A stretch of 64,000 nucleotides of DNA from assembly GCA_951406725.2 (NCBI GenBank), contig OX597829.1, positions 39,680,001-39,744,000 on the forward strand. Direction: 5' to 3'. Made by a program: the position numbers and the translations under genes. The stretch comes from Octopus vulgaris. Its lineage: Eukaryota. Shown piece by piece: positions 1-11,204 of this stretch. How positions within the stretch are numbered: position 1 is the first letter of the stretch; each line of letters starts with the position of its first letter. Under the pieces are notes generated by a model. It had not been told where the DNA came from and ran no database searches. It worked only from the letters and a program-made list of their open reading frames with translations.

Positions 1-888
1 TCAGGACGACTTTCGGGCGAGGGCCCATGGACAACTTCCAGGGATCCCTGGCCAGGCAGTGCTACCGAGAAGCGCTACCCGTTCGGGATAAGCTCTACAG
101 ACACAGCTCGAGAAACATGGGGCTGACCTGCCCGAGATGCGGTCAGAGGGACGAAACTGTTCTGCACGCACTCGTGCAGTGTTCAACAATTTCGACCTGT
201 GGGATTATGTCGAACGACTGCTGTCACGTGTGGGACGAGTCGGTTTATCAGTCGAGTCTATCGTTAATATTGTCACGCCTCCTTCCTTCAAACGGGAAGG
301 AAGAGCTATTTTCATCATTCTTGTGGCTATGGCGAAAGAATGTATCTGGTGGACGCGTCTGAAAGGATTGGAGACAAACACTTTCCTCTCTGGTCAATCT
401 CTCATCAACTTCTTCAAGTATCACCTGAAAAGGAAAGTGAGAGTAGAGAGGCAAGTTTTGTCTAGCGAATGTTTAAAAAAAGATGGGTGAATGTAGCAAG
501 GATGACACGTATGAATGACGAAGTCACCTTGAGCATAATCCTATGAACCCGGAAAAATTTAAAACAGAAGTTTACCTACTTGCAAACAAATGTGTTAACA
601 TGTGACATGTGACATGTGACATTATTGACCGAGGTTACCGTGGTCTTTTCCGTAGGCTTTTCTTTCCACGGATAAACCATATCTGCTTCACTCTTTACAC
701 TTTACATCATGACATACTGTGATACACGATCCCTATTGATCGTTTTTTCTTTTTTTCTTTTCTTTCCCTTTTACGATCCCTTTTGATCGAAAACCTACCC
801 CACTTTTTTTTTTATCTCCCCATAAAGAAAAGCTCTACTTTGTAATCTGTCCCGTCTGTGTGCAGCCCTGTGTGGCTAATAAAGAAAC
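1..888 (+). mobile_element. 3' end of an L1/Tx1-type LINE (ORF2 C-terminal zinc finger plus 3' UTR), frameshifted
   Basis: The frame of ORF 27..362 gives LPVRDKL...CPRCGQRDETVLHALVQC (CxxC-H-C motif). After a frameshift near 190, the frame of ORF 137..490 continues LWDYVERLL...AKECIWWTR. The UTR ends at taataaagaaaca, followed by (AT)(GT)n. Confidence 0.8.
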
Positions 889-1028
889 ATATATATGTGT
901 GTGTGTGTGTGGGGGGGTGTTTTAGAATTTTCTTAGGCATAGCAATGATAATAACCTTGCGTGAGAACTTAATATACGTATGATTCAGAATAAAGTGTCA
1001 GTTGAGAACAGAGCATAATATGAAATTA

Positions 1029-1253
1029 TATAAATGACAAGGGAACAGGAATTACGCAATGAATTTAATCAGCTTACAGCTGGTTCTGATATAAGATGTA
1101 TTTCTAAAATTAAGTTATTCTTTATTTAAGAAGCTCTGAGAAATCTAAAAGGTGATGCAGAAGCACTCTGCTGATTGTGATCGACATCTTGTAGCAGAAA
1201 CAGCCGTAAGCCATTGAAGTTGATTACGCAATTTCCTTTCCGTTGTCATTTAT
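1029..1253. repeat. Degenerate palindrome with a hammerhead-like remnant (Penelope-type end)
   Basis: 1029-1098 is an imperfect reverse complement of 1185-1253. The right arm has gaaacagccgtaagc, but the upstream core is degraded. Confidence 0.45.
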
Positions 1254-1334
1254 ACGTACACACATACACACACGCATTATATATATATTGAACATGAGCT
1301 AAGAGATATAAGACGGAGTGGATAGTGGCATTAT

Positions 1335-1729
1335 GTGGAGGCGCAATGGCCCAGTGGTTAGGGCAGTGGACTCGCGGTCATAGGATCGCGGTTTCGATTC
1401 CCAGACCGGGCGTTGTGAGTGTTTATTGAGCGAAAACACCTAAAAAAGCTCCACGAGGCTCCGGCAGGGGATGGTGGTGATCCCTGCTGTACTCTTTCAC
1501 CACAACTTTCTCTCGCTCTTACTTCCTGTTTCTGTTGTACCTGTATTTCAAAGTGCCGGCCTTGTCACTCTCTGTGTCACGCTGAATATCCCCGAGAACT
1601 ACGTTAAGGGTGCACGTGTCTGTGGAGTGCTCAGCCACTTACACGTTAATTTCACGAGCAGGCTGTTCCGTTGATTCGGATCAACCGGAACTCTCGTCGT
1701 CGTAACCGACGGAGTGCCTCCATCCATCC
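1335..1729 (+). mobile_element. tRNA-derived SINE family A, tail type 1
   Basis: A-box tggcccagtgg and B-box gtttcgattcc. 3' stem-loop gttccgttgattcggatcaaccggaac. TSD agt(g/a)gcattat. Near-identical copies at 4141, 11825 and 45541. Confidence 0.9.
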
Positions 1730-1996
1730 AGTAGCATTATAAATAGTTGAACAACGAAGACGGGAAAAAAGGCACGTTGAATAGCATACAAGATTAAGCC
1801 TTCATTTATTCAAATTTTATTTCCTCTTTCAGAGAGGGTAGGACAATCGCTGCTAAGTGGTATTTGGGACCAGACTCAAATGAAACGGTGGATATAATGT
1901 CAATAATTAAAAATTCTCCATAACTGACATACCATTAAAGAAAAGTCAGTCTTGACACAGCAAATTGTTCTTCCTTACTTTCTGTAGACGACACTC

Positions 1997-2388
<392 letters not shown>

Positions 2389-2935
2389 TAAACGTTTGTG
2401 TGCGTGCTTGTGTAATTATATATGTATATAGATACATGCGCACACATATTCACACGCACGCACACAGTACGTATACTTACCTAAAATAGTTGTAGTTTTT
2501 TGCTGTTTTTCTTTTAAAATATTTATATTTTATTTTATACATTCTATTCTTATATACAGTAATTGTATATATAACATATTTAATATTATGGTATTTTCTT
2601 AATTTTTTTTTTACATTCCCCCCCCCCCAACCCGGCCCATGGGACTATCTAAGCTGTCGGTTCACCCGTTTCATTTGTAAAGAACTGTACAAGTACATAA
2701 TTCCACACCCTACAATATCCACCCTTTCAGCAAATTCTTTAATTTCTCTCTATCAGGAAATACACAGAATCTGTTCCTCTAATTGACAACGTAAAAGAAA
2801 TATTCCAAACGTCAGCTGTTCGTTGTCTGCAACGAAGCGGTGGCGGCGGTGGTAGTGGTAGTGGTAGTGGTGGTGTTGGTAACAGTGGTGCTGATAGCGT
2901 ACCGGAGATGGTGATGCGTGTATTGTGGTACTGTA

Positions 2936-3686
2936 GGCGGCGAGCTGGCAGAAACGTTAGCACGCCGGGCGAAATGCTTAGCGGTATTTCGTCCGTCGTT
3001 ACGTTGTGAGTTCAAATTCCGCCGAGGTTGACTTTGCCTTTCATCCTTTCGGGGTCGATAAATTAAGTACCAGTTAAGCACTGGGGTCATTGTAATCGAC
3101 TTAATACCTATGTCTGTCCATGTTTGTCCCCTCTGTGTTTAGCCCCTTGTGGGTAATAAAGAAATAGGTATTTCGTCTGTCGTTACGTTGTGAGTTCAAA
3201 TTCCGCCGAGGTCGACTTTGCCTTTCATCCTTTCGGGGTCGATAAATTAAGTACCAGTTAAGCACTGGGGTCGATGTAATCGACTTAATACCTATGTCTG
3301 TCCTTGTTTGTCCCCTCTGTGTTTAGCCCCTTGTGGGTAATAAAGAAATAGGTATTTCGTCTGTCGTTACGTTGTGAGTTCAAATTCCGCCGAGGTTGAC
3401 TTTGCCTTTCATCCTTTCGGGGTCGATAAATTAAGTACCAGTTAAGCACTGGGGTCGATGTAATCGACTTAATACCTATGTCTGTCCTTGTTTGTCCCCT
3501 CTGTGTTTAGCCCCTTGTGGGTAATAAAGAAATAGGTATTTCGTCTGTCGTTACGTTGTGAGTTCAAATTCCGCCGAGGTTGACTTTGCCTTTCATCCTT
3601 TCGGGGTCGATGTAATCGACTTAATACCTATGTCTGTCCTTGTTTGTTCCCTCTATGTTTAGCCCCTTGTGGATAATAGAGAAATA
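2936..3686 (+). mobile_element. SINE family B concatemer: one head plus four 184-bp body units
   Basis: Units start ggtatttcg at 2983, 3167, 3351 and 3535 (period 184). The last unit has a deletion between two ggggtcgat repeats. TSD ggtactgtag at 2927-2936 and 3687-3696. Confidence 0.9.
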
Positions 3687-3704
3687 GGTACTGTAGTGCT
3701 GCTG

Positions 3705-4000
3705 GTTTGTTTTGTTTGTTGAGCCGAAGTCGACTTCTTTCGTCCCAGAGCTCGCAAGATCGCCCCTCTGTAGTGGGAGAAGTCCGAAACGTGGTCCTTT
3801 GCTATTCGTAAGACCCGCAGAAGAGAAAGCAGGTCACCCCCCCCCCCAACACCGAGAGCATCGACGGATGGATGGATGAATGCGCATCCAGGCTCAGCGG
3901 TTGCGTAGGAAGTCGGGGACAAGAAACAGGAGGAAAGAGTGAGAGAAAGTTGGAGCGGAAGAGTACAACAGGGGTCGCCACCACCCCCTGCTTAGGTGCT
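3705..4000 (-). mobile_element. SINE family A, tail type 2, 5'-truncated
   Basis: The reverse complement matches the body and tail of the copy at 27143-27480. Confidence 0.8.
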
Positions 4001-4140
4001 TTCGCTTATGCTGCTGCTGGAAATAGGAGAGATAGTGATGGTGATGGCAGTGTCGTTGTTCTACATTTATTTAGCAGGCATGTGTTGAAGCATCGAGAAA
4101 TATGTAAATATTTGGTCTTGACTAACAATATACCTCGCAG

Positions 4141-4500
4141 AGGCGCAATGGCCCAGTGGTTAGGGCGGTGGACTCGCGGTCTTAGGATCGCAGTTTCCAT
4201 TCCCAGACCGGGCGTTGTGAGTGTTTATTGAGCGAAAACACCTAAATCTCCACGAGGCTCCGGCAGGGGGTGGTGACGATCCCTGCTGTACTCTTTCACC
4301 ACAACTTATTCTCACTCTTTCTTCCTGTTTCCGTTGTGCTTGTATTTCAAAGGGCCAGCCTTTGAATCTCCCCCAAGAACTACGTTAAGGGTACCCGTGT
4401 CTGTAGAATGCTCAGCTATTTGCACGTTAATTTCGTGACCAGGCTGTTCCGTTGATCGGATCAACTGGAAAACTCGTCGTCGTAACCGACGGAATACCAG
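4141..4500 (+). mobile_element. SINE family A, tail type 1 (diverged)
   Basis: Same head and tail as 1335-1729, with small deletions. Confidence 0.85.
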
Positions 4501-4569
4501 TCATCTCCGAGCAAATTCAGCTACACAGGGTGCGAGAGATATGAGGACACTTAATTATCGGCATATCTC

Positions 4570-4775
4570 TCTTTACTTGTTTCAGTCATTTGACTGCGGC
4601 CATGCTGGAGCACCGCCTTTAGTCGAGCAAATCGACCCCGGGACTTATTCTTTGTAAGCCCAGTACTTATTCTATCGGTCTCTTTTGCCGAACCGCTAAG
4701 TAAACACGGGGGCGTAAACACACACCAGCATCGGTTGTCAAGCAATGCTAGGGGGACAAAAACACAGACACACAA

Positions 4776-4822
<47 letters not shown>

Positions 4823-4985
4823 TACGACTGGCTTCTTTCAGTTTCCGTCTACCAAATCCACTCACAAGGCATTGGTCGGCCCCGGGGCTATAGCAGAAGA
4901 CACTTGCCCAAGATGCCACGCAGTGGGATGATTGAACCCAGAACCATGTGGTTGGTTAGCAAGCTACTTACCACACAGCCACAGC
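4570..4985 (-). mobile_element. SINE family C (internal microsatellite)
   Basis: Reverse complement of the 33052 copy. Inserted just inside the left TIR of the transposon. Confidence 0.9.
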
Positions 4986-6151
4986 AAATTTAAACAAATC
5001 AAAAAGCTTTTATTTCTTTCGGATTTCCCATGACAAATGAAATGAAAAAAGACAAGAAATGACAATTCATGCAGTCATTGTTACCATATATGTAAAAATT
5101 TAGAAATTGCCTACTTTCTAACAGTTGCAGATTCTTTAGTACACCAACTTCGGATGAAATTGGATGCCTCTGGCGGGAAAGTTTCTACTGTACCAAAGAG
5201 AGAAAAAAAATTATTCTAAACGTTCAGACACTGTAAGGACACCGCAGTTCATCCAATGGTTTCAAAATATCGATTATGAGCTCGGAAAATCAATGAGGCC
5301 ATCATCGCTAAAGAATTTCAGGTTTTGGAATGTAATATGGAACTGTGGTGTACAAAGATATTAGATGCAAGTCGTATGTACTGAAGAGAGGTCAACGGAT
5401 GTCTGCAAAGACGCAAGAAAATCGTTTGATCTGAGTCCGTGAGTTACTTAATAAGAATTAAATTTCCCATGTGCTTTAGTTCTTCCTTAATGAGAAAAGC
5501 TGTGCCCACGATGAAAAGTCTTAACAGGACAAATGACAGTTATCTGCAGATTCTTCCGATGTCCCCATAGTGATATACATTAAGTTACTAGCAACTCTGA
5601 TGGTTTTTTTAATTTTTTATTGGGTGGGTGAATAATCAATGTCATTTCATGCCACTTCATATCTTTTCACAAGGTCTTAGAATTTAAGTTGCTTGATACA
5701 TCGAGGTACTGGAGACACTTGTTAAACCCTGGAATGGATGAAATACGCAGCGGAGGGCCATACTTTTGTCAACAAGACTCATAACATTCTCACAAACAGC
5801 CCCAAGAAAGGATGTGAAAGTTGTGGTGAAAGAGTACAGCAGGGTTTACCACCACCCCCTGCCGGAGCCTCGTGAAGATTTAAGGTGTTTTCTGGGAATC
5901 GAAACCGCGATCATGTAGCACCAAACTTGTGGTTATTCCAAATTAGCCAGATTTAAATCCTATTGTCTGGAGCATTGTTGAAAAGGCGACTAAAGGGTAT
6001 TCTTTCAACATCATAGCTTCAATGAAGGCCGCAATTATCCAGGTGATGTCTGAAATGAATAAGGATCATTAAATGCAGGCATGCCAACGAGTCCGGTCCT
6101 GCATTGAAGCAGTCAGCAAAGCTGAAGGCGGATTCATAAAATAATTATATA

Positions 6152-6600
6152 TATTTCTTTACTACCCACAAGGGGCTAAACACAGAATGGACAAACAAAC
6201 GGTTTAAGTCGATTACATCGATCCCAGTATTAAGTAACTGGTACTTAATTTATCGACCCCCGAAAGGATGAAAGGCAAAGTCGACCTCGGCGGAATTTGA
6301 ACCCAGAACGTAACGGCAGACGAAATACGGCTTAACATTTCGACCGGCATGCTAACGTTTCTGCCAGCTCACCGCCTTTATATTTCTTTACTACCCACAA
6401 GGGGCTAAACAAGGACAGACAAACAGATTAAGTCGATTATATCGACCACCAGTACATAAACTGTTACTTAATTTATCGACCCCGAAAGGATGAAAGGCAA
6501 AGTCGACCTCGGTGGAATTTGAACCCAGAACGTAACGGCAGACGAAATACCACTAAACATTTCGCCCGGCCTGCTAACGTTTCTACCAGCTCGCCGCCTT
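6152..6600 (-). mobile_element. SINE family B, head-to-tail dimer of two full copies
   Basis: Two copies joined near 6380. A 17-bp TSD cataaaataattatata lies at 6135-6151 and 6603-6619. Confidence 0.9.
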
Positions 6601-7124
6601 TCCATAAAATAATTATATAAAGAAGTTTATGGCGAACATGTATACAAATATTCCTTAAAATAATGTCTCTTTTTTATTTAAAAAAAAAAAAAAAAACTGG
6701 ATTAAAGTTGTTTTACCATATTACGAAATATGTCCTCAGATACCTCTCACACCCGGTACGTAATAGTTTCTAATACACTGGGTTGAAACTTCACCTTGAA
6801 GCGGGTGGGGGGAAAGAACGTTGGAGAGCTACTGCTGGGAATGAATCCACACATTTTCTCAGACAGAACTACTATAAAGAGCTATACCGAAACAAATCAT
6901 TCGTCTCTCTCAAATTAAATACTTTTAATGTTATTAGCGAGAGTGTTACTGTTGGAAGTAGTGTTAGTGTTTTCGGCAGTGGTGTTGGCGACGGAGCTAT
7001 TGGTATGAGTGCCGGTGTGGTTAGGGTGTTGGGGTGGTTGTAGTGGTGGTGATGGTGATGTAGGGGTAAATTTGTAAATTAAAGAGAGAAGAGAAAGATG
7101 TTTTCTATAAATGATGAATATGTA

Positions 7125-7242
<118 letters not shown>

Positions 7243-7256
7243 CCTATCTCTATTAA

Positions 7257-7303
<47 letters not shown>

Positions 7304-7304
7304 T

Positions 7305-7350
<46 letters not shown>

Positions 7351-7488
7351 TAAGAGAGTGGTCACTATATGGCTCACTCTAGCACCAGTTAATCCAAAAG
7401 GTTTCAACCACAAAAATACATGTTTCCCATGAAAGTCAGTACGATTGTTAGCTCACACGGACAGGGCAAATAAAAAATAACAAATACA

Positions 7489-7580
7489 GATTATTTTGGG
7501 ACAATTGTTTCGCTATTAATGAATTAAATGTAATTTTACTTACAATAAAATCCACTTGTAGCTCTTCAGCCAAAACTATC
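7489..7580 (-). ncRNA. Type I hammerhead ribozyme (array unit 1)
   Basis: Minus strand reads gauaguuuugg-CUGAAGA-gcua...uagc-GAAA-caauug-UC-ccaaaauaauc. Stem I is 10 of 11 bp, stem II is 4 bp, stem III is palindromic. Predicted GUC cleavage falls between 7500 and 7499. Confidence 0.85.
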
Positions 7581-8021
7581 TGGATGAAATCCACTCAATC
7601 ACACGCCAGATTTTACCATAACGATAAATACGCATGTGGTTCAATTGATTACATCCGACGTTATAATTCAAATGCCCCAACTAACAGCGCGCCAAACTTT
7701 CACGGAAAACAAATACAGCATTTAGAAATAAATGCAGCATAATTATAATTAATTAATAAGGGTGAGAGAATTAGATACTAATTTAATAGTATATCTATTC
7801 TACACCAAGTGGCCTAGTGCTCCGAGAAACCTGGATTATTATAATATTTTATAATATATTATAATATTTTTACAAAATAAATATAAGAGAGTGGTCACTA
7901 TATGGCTCACTCTAGCACCAGTTAATCCAAAAGGTTTCAACCACAAAAATACATGTTTCCCATGAAAGTCAGTACGATTGTTAGCTCACACGGACAGGGC
8001 AAATAAAAAATAACAAATACA

Positions 8022-8113
8022 GATTATTTTGGGACAATTGTTTCGCTATTAATGAATTAAATGTAATTTTACTTACAATAAAATCCACTTGTAGCTCTTC
8101 AGCCAAAACTATC
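8022..8113 (-). ncRNA. Type I hammerhead ribozyme (array unit 2)
   Basis: Identical to the unit 1 motif. Confidence 0.85.
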
Positions 8114-8554
8114 TGGATGAAATCCACTCAATCACACGCCAGATTTTACCATAACGATAAATATGCATGTGGTTCAATTGATTACATCCGACGTTATAAT
8201 TCAAATGCCCCAACTAACAGCGCGCCAAACTTTCACGGAAAACAAATACAGCATTTAGAAATAAATGCAGCATAATTATAATTAATTAATAAGGGTGAGA
8301 GAATTAGATACTAATTTAATAGTATATCTATTCTACACCAAGTGGCCTAGTGCTCCGAGAAACTTGGATTATTATAATATTTTATAATATATTATAATAT
8401 TTTTACAAAATAAATATAAGAGAGTGGTCACTATATGGCTCACTCTAGCACCAGTTAATCCAAAAGGTTTCAACCACAAAAATACATGTTTCCCATGAAA
8501 GTCAGTACGATTGTTAGCTCACACGGACAGGGCAAATAAAAAATAACAAATACA

Positions 8555-8646
8555 GATTATTTTGGGACAATTGTTTCGCTATTAATGAATTAAATGTAAT
8601 TTTACTTACAATAAAATCCACTTGTAGCTCTTCAGCCAAAACTATC
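8555..8646 (-). ncRNA. Type I hammerhead ribozyme (array unit 3)
   Basis: Identical to the unit 1 motif. Confidence 0.85.
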
Positions 8647-9086
8647 TGGATGAAATCCACTCAATCACACGCCAGATTTTACCATAACGATAAATACGCG
8701 TGTGGTTCAATTGATTACATCCGACGTTATAATTCAAATGCCCCAACTAACAGCGCGCCAAACTTTCACGGAAAACAAATACAGCATTTAGAAATAAATG
8801 CAGCATAATTATAATTAATTAATAAGGGTGAGAGAATTAGATACTAATTTAATAGTATATCTATTCTACACCAAGTGGCCTAGTGCTCCGAGAAACCTGG
8901 ATTATTATAATATTTTATAATATATTATAATATTTTTACAAAATAAATATAAGAGAGTGGTCACTATATGGCTCACTCTAGCACCAGTTAATCCAAAAGG
9001 TTTCAACCACAAAAATACATGTTTCCCATGAAAGTCAGTACGATTGTTAGCTCACACGGACAGGGCAAATAAAAATAACAAATACA

Positions 9087-9178
9087 GATTATTTTGGGAC
9101 AATTGTTTCGCTATTAATGAATTAAATGTAATTTTACTTACAATAAAATCCACTTGTAGCTCTTCAGCCAAAACTATC
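9087..9178 (-). ncRNA. Type I hammerhead ribozyme (array unit 4, partial unit)
   Basis: Identical to the unit 1 motif. Confidence 0.85.
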
Positions 9179-9304
9179 TGGATGAAATCCACTCAATCAC
9201 ACGCCAGATTTTACCATAACGATAAATACGCGTGTGGTTCAATTGATTACATCCGACGTTATAATTCAAATGCCCCAACTAACAGCGCGCCAAATATATA
9301 TATA

Positions 9305-9504
9305 GGGAGAGTTTACGAAAAAAAAAACAAAAGACGAAGACAGGTGGTGTACAAAACAAACAGATGTATTAGTATAACGCTCAGGAATAGAAAAAGTATT
9401 TTACCTTTCGAGCCTACACTCTTCTACAGAAAGGGACACAGAAAAAACAAGGAGAGAAACAAGGAGAGAAAAAAATGTGCGTAGTGTCTAACGATCTATC
9501 ATGG

Positions 9505-9507
<3 letters not shown>
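9305..9507 (-). repeat. Dispersed ~200-bp repeat with a variant hammerhead-like motif
   Basis: Related copies at 16419-16598 (-) and 37800-37886 (+). Motif: cuuu-CUGU(A/U)GAA-gagc-guag-gcuc-GAAAC-GUA-aaag. Confidence 0.6.
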
Positions 9508-9556
<49 letters not shown>

Positions 9557-9597
9557 TATATATGTATGTATGTGTGTATATATATATATATATATAA

Positions 9598-9818
9598 CGG
9601 GGTGGGGGCTGAAAAATTCCTGGCTTTGAGTAAAAGAAAATACAGAAAGGATCAATTAATTATGATTTTATTCGACATATTCTCCTCTCAGATTCACACA
9701 CTTATTGCAGCGGTCCTCTAGGTTTTCTAAGCCCTGTAAAAGAACTCGAAAGGCTGGGTCTCCAGCAAGACCTTTCACGATACCCTTAAAGCCAGGAACC
9801 TCTCAGAACCCCTCATGT
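9598..9818. mobile_element. Mariner-type MITE
   Basis: Imperfect TIRs ggggctgaaaaattcctggcttt / aaagccaggaacctctcagaacccc, set in TA context. Confidence 0.65.
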
Positions 9819-9853
9819 ATGCATGTATGTATGTATGTATATATATATATGTA

Positions 9854-10763
9854 CTAGCTGACGTACCCGGTAATTCCAGGGAAAGCAGGGCTCACCCCTT
9901 GGTTCCGTTCTCATAATTATTTCGCTAATCCAATAACAACAAAACAAAGTATGTAGCCCTTAAAACATTTTTTGTGCATTTACAGAGAATACCGAACTGT
10001 CTTACACAGGATCTTGCTTTTAGGAATTCCCAATAAGTTATGAATACCCAAATTGTGAAGTCAGTTATGTAATAACATGAAATTAGTTACCCGATAGTAA
10101 AAATTCAAATAAAGTAGCCCCGAAAAGGGCTTTAGTGCATTCCCAGAGTATATAGAACATAGGAGGAAACACTAATTAGGTATGCATACTAAAATCGTGA
10201 AGCATTTAACGTAATAACAGGCTAATCAGATACGAGCTAATAATTCAAAGTAAATAACTCTGAAAAGGGCTTTTGTGCGTTTCAAGAGAATATTACCCTC
10301 TGGGGCGCTAGTGTTGTTATATTCGTTAATAAGTCACTAACCGAAATAAGTGGATCTGTTGTTTAGGTGAACACTATTTACTTGTTTAAGGGTTGTACTG
10401 GATAAATTGCGAAAATACTCTAACAGTTTAAAAACTAAGAATTAAGCATACTCAATTTCATTTTTACCAAATAATTTAGGAAAATGAATGGGTCATTTCC
10501 GTTTGTTATATATTAGGATCCTTTCCAAGGGCCAATGGGTTATTTCCCTTGGGTTTTAATATAAAATGCATTAAATGTATATAAGGATCCCTTCCAGGGA
10601 CCCAATTATCGATTTTTTTTTCAACAATCTGAGTATGCCATGAGGTTTTCAGACCTGAGTTCTACTCAAGTGTCAAGTTTCATCAAAATTGATAAAACAA
10701 TGTAGGAGGAGCTAACAATTCCACAAACACACCCACAGACAGAATTTCCCATATATGTAGTAT
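9854..10763 (-). mobile_element. Non-autonomous Helitron-like element
   Basis: 3' CTAG at 9854-9857 with subterminal hairpin cccggtaattccaggg. The putative 5' end has the tactacatatatggg...tctgtctgt pattern typical of such elements. Confidence 0.5.
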
Positions 10764-10767
10764 ACAC

Positions 10768-10811
<44 letters not shown>

Positions 10812-10929
10812 ACACACACATATATATGTATATAACAACAATTTAATAAATAAAACATATGCATACATACATACACACATACATACATACATATATGTAC
10901 ATACCTACATCTATATGTATATATATATA

Positions 10930-11103
10930 CATGCATATACAGGTACGGGATACCACAAATAAACGTAGAACACAACGAGAAACGAAAACATAAAAGCAAA
11001 ACATGGAAACGGACTTTTTAACAAAAATACAGAGTACAAGACATACAACACAAGGAACATTCCCCTTCTTCAGCTGCCCCTGCTTCGACTTATTCCGTGT
11101 TTC
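10930..11103. repeat. Dispersed repeat fragment between microsatellites
   Basis: A related sequence occurs in opposite orientation at about 40700-40930 (ctgaagaagggg...ttttcgtttctc). Confidence 0.55.
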
Positions 11104-11104
11104 A

Positions 11105-11133
<29 letters not shown>

Positions 11134-11135
<2 letters not shown>

Positions 11136-11204
11136 GCAGCTGATGAAGTCAAATCAAATCTACGTTGTCAAACGTATTTAAAGAGTCTGAAACCGGTCCT
11201 GTAT
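11134..11204 (+). ncRNA. Type I hammerhead ribozyme motif (weak stem II)
   Basis: augcag-CUGAUGA-ag...cu-GAAA-ccgg-UC-cuguau. Stem I is 6 bp and stem III is the palindrome ACCGGU. Confidence 0.65.

Larger units (their letters stand above)
4526..6756 (+). mobile_element. Degenerate Tc1/mariner DNA transposon (DD37D/maT-like) with nested SINEs
   Basis: TIRs cagggtgcgagagatatgaggac (4526-4548) and gtcctcagatacctctcacacccgg (6732-6756), followed by TA. Broken transposase over about 5150-6145 with recognisable pieces YIEVLETLVKPW, GPYFCQQDS, PDLNP and ACQRVRSCIEAVSKAEGGFIK*. Confidence 0.75.
7342..9294 (-). mobile_element. Tandem array of 533-bp hammerhead-bearing units (retrozyme / Penelope pseudo-LTR-like), about 3.65 copies
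   Basis: aagagagtggtcac recurs at 7352, 7885, 8418 and 8951. Units differ at only a few bases. The array is flanked by (TA)n and has one hammerhead per unit on the minus strand. Confidence 0.85.

Noticed and set aside
1337-1412. tRNA-like sequence as a tRNA gene (also the other SINE heads)
   Set aside because: It continues into a shared SINE body with a tail and TSD, so it is a SINE head.
2983-3686. Regular array resembling CRISPR or a retrozyme
   Set aside because: There are no unique spacers, and I found no hammerhead core in the 184-bp unit. It is a SINE concatemer.
8951-9484. 146-aa ORF 9044..9484
   Set aside because: It is open only because of a 1-bp deletion in the last array unit, and it runs into an unrelated repeat.
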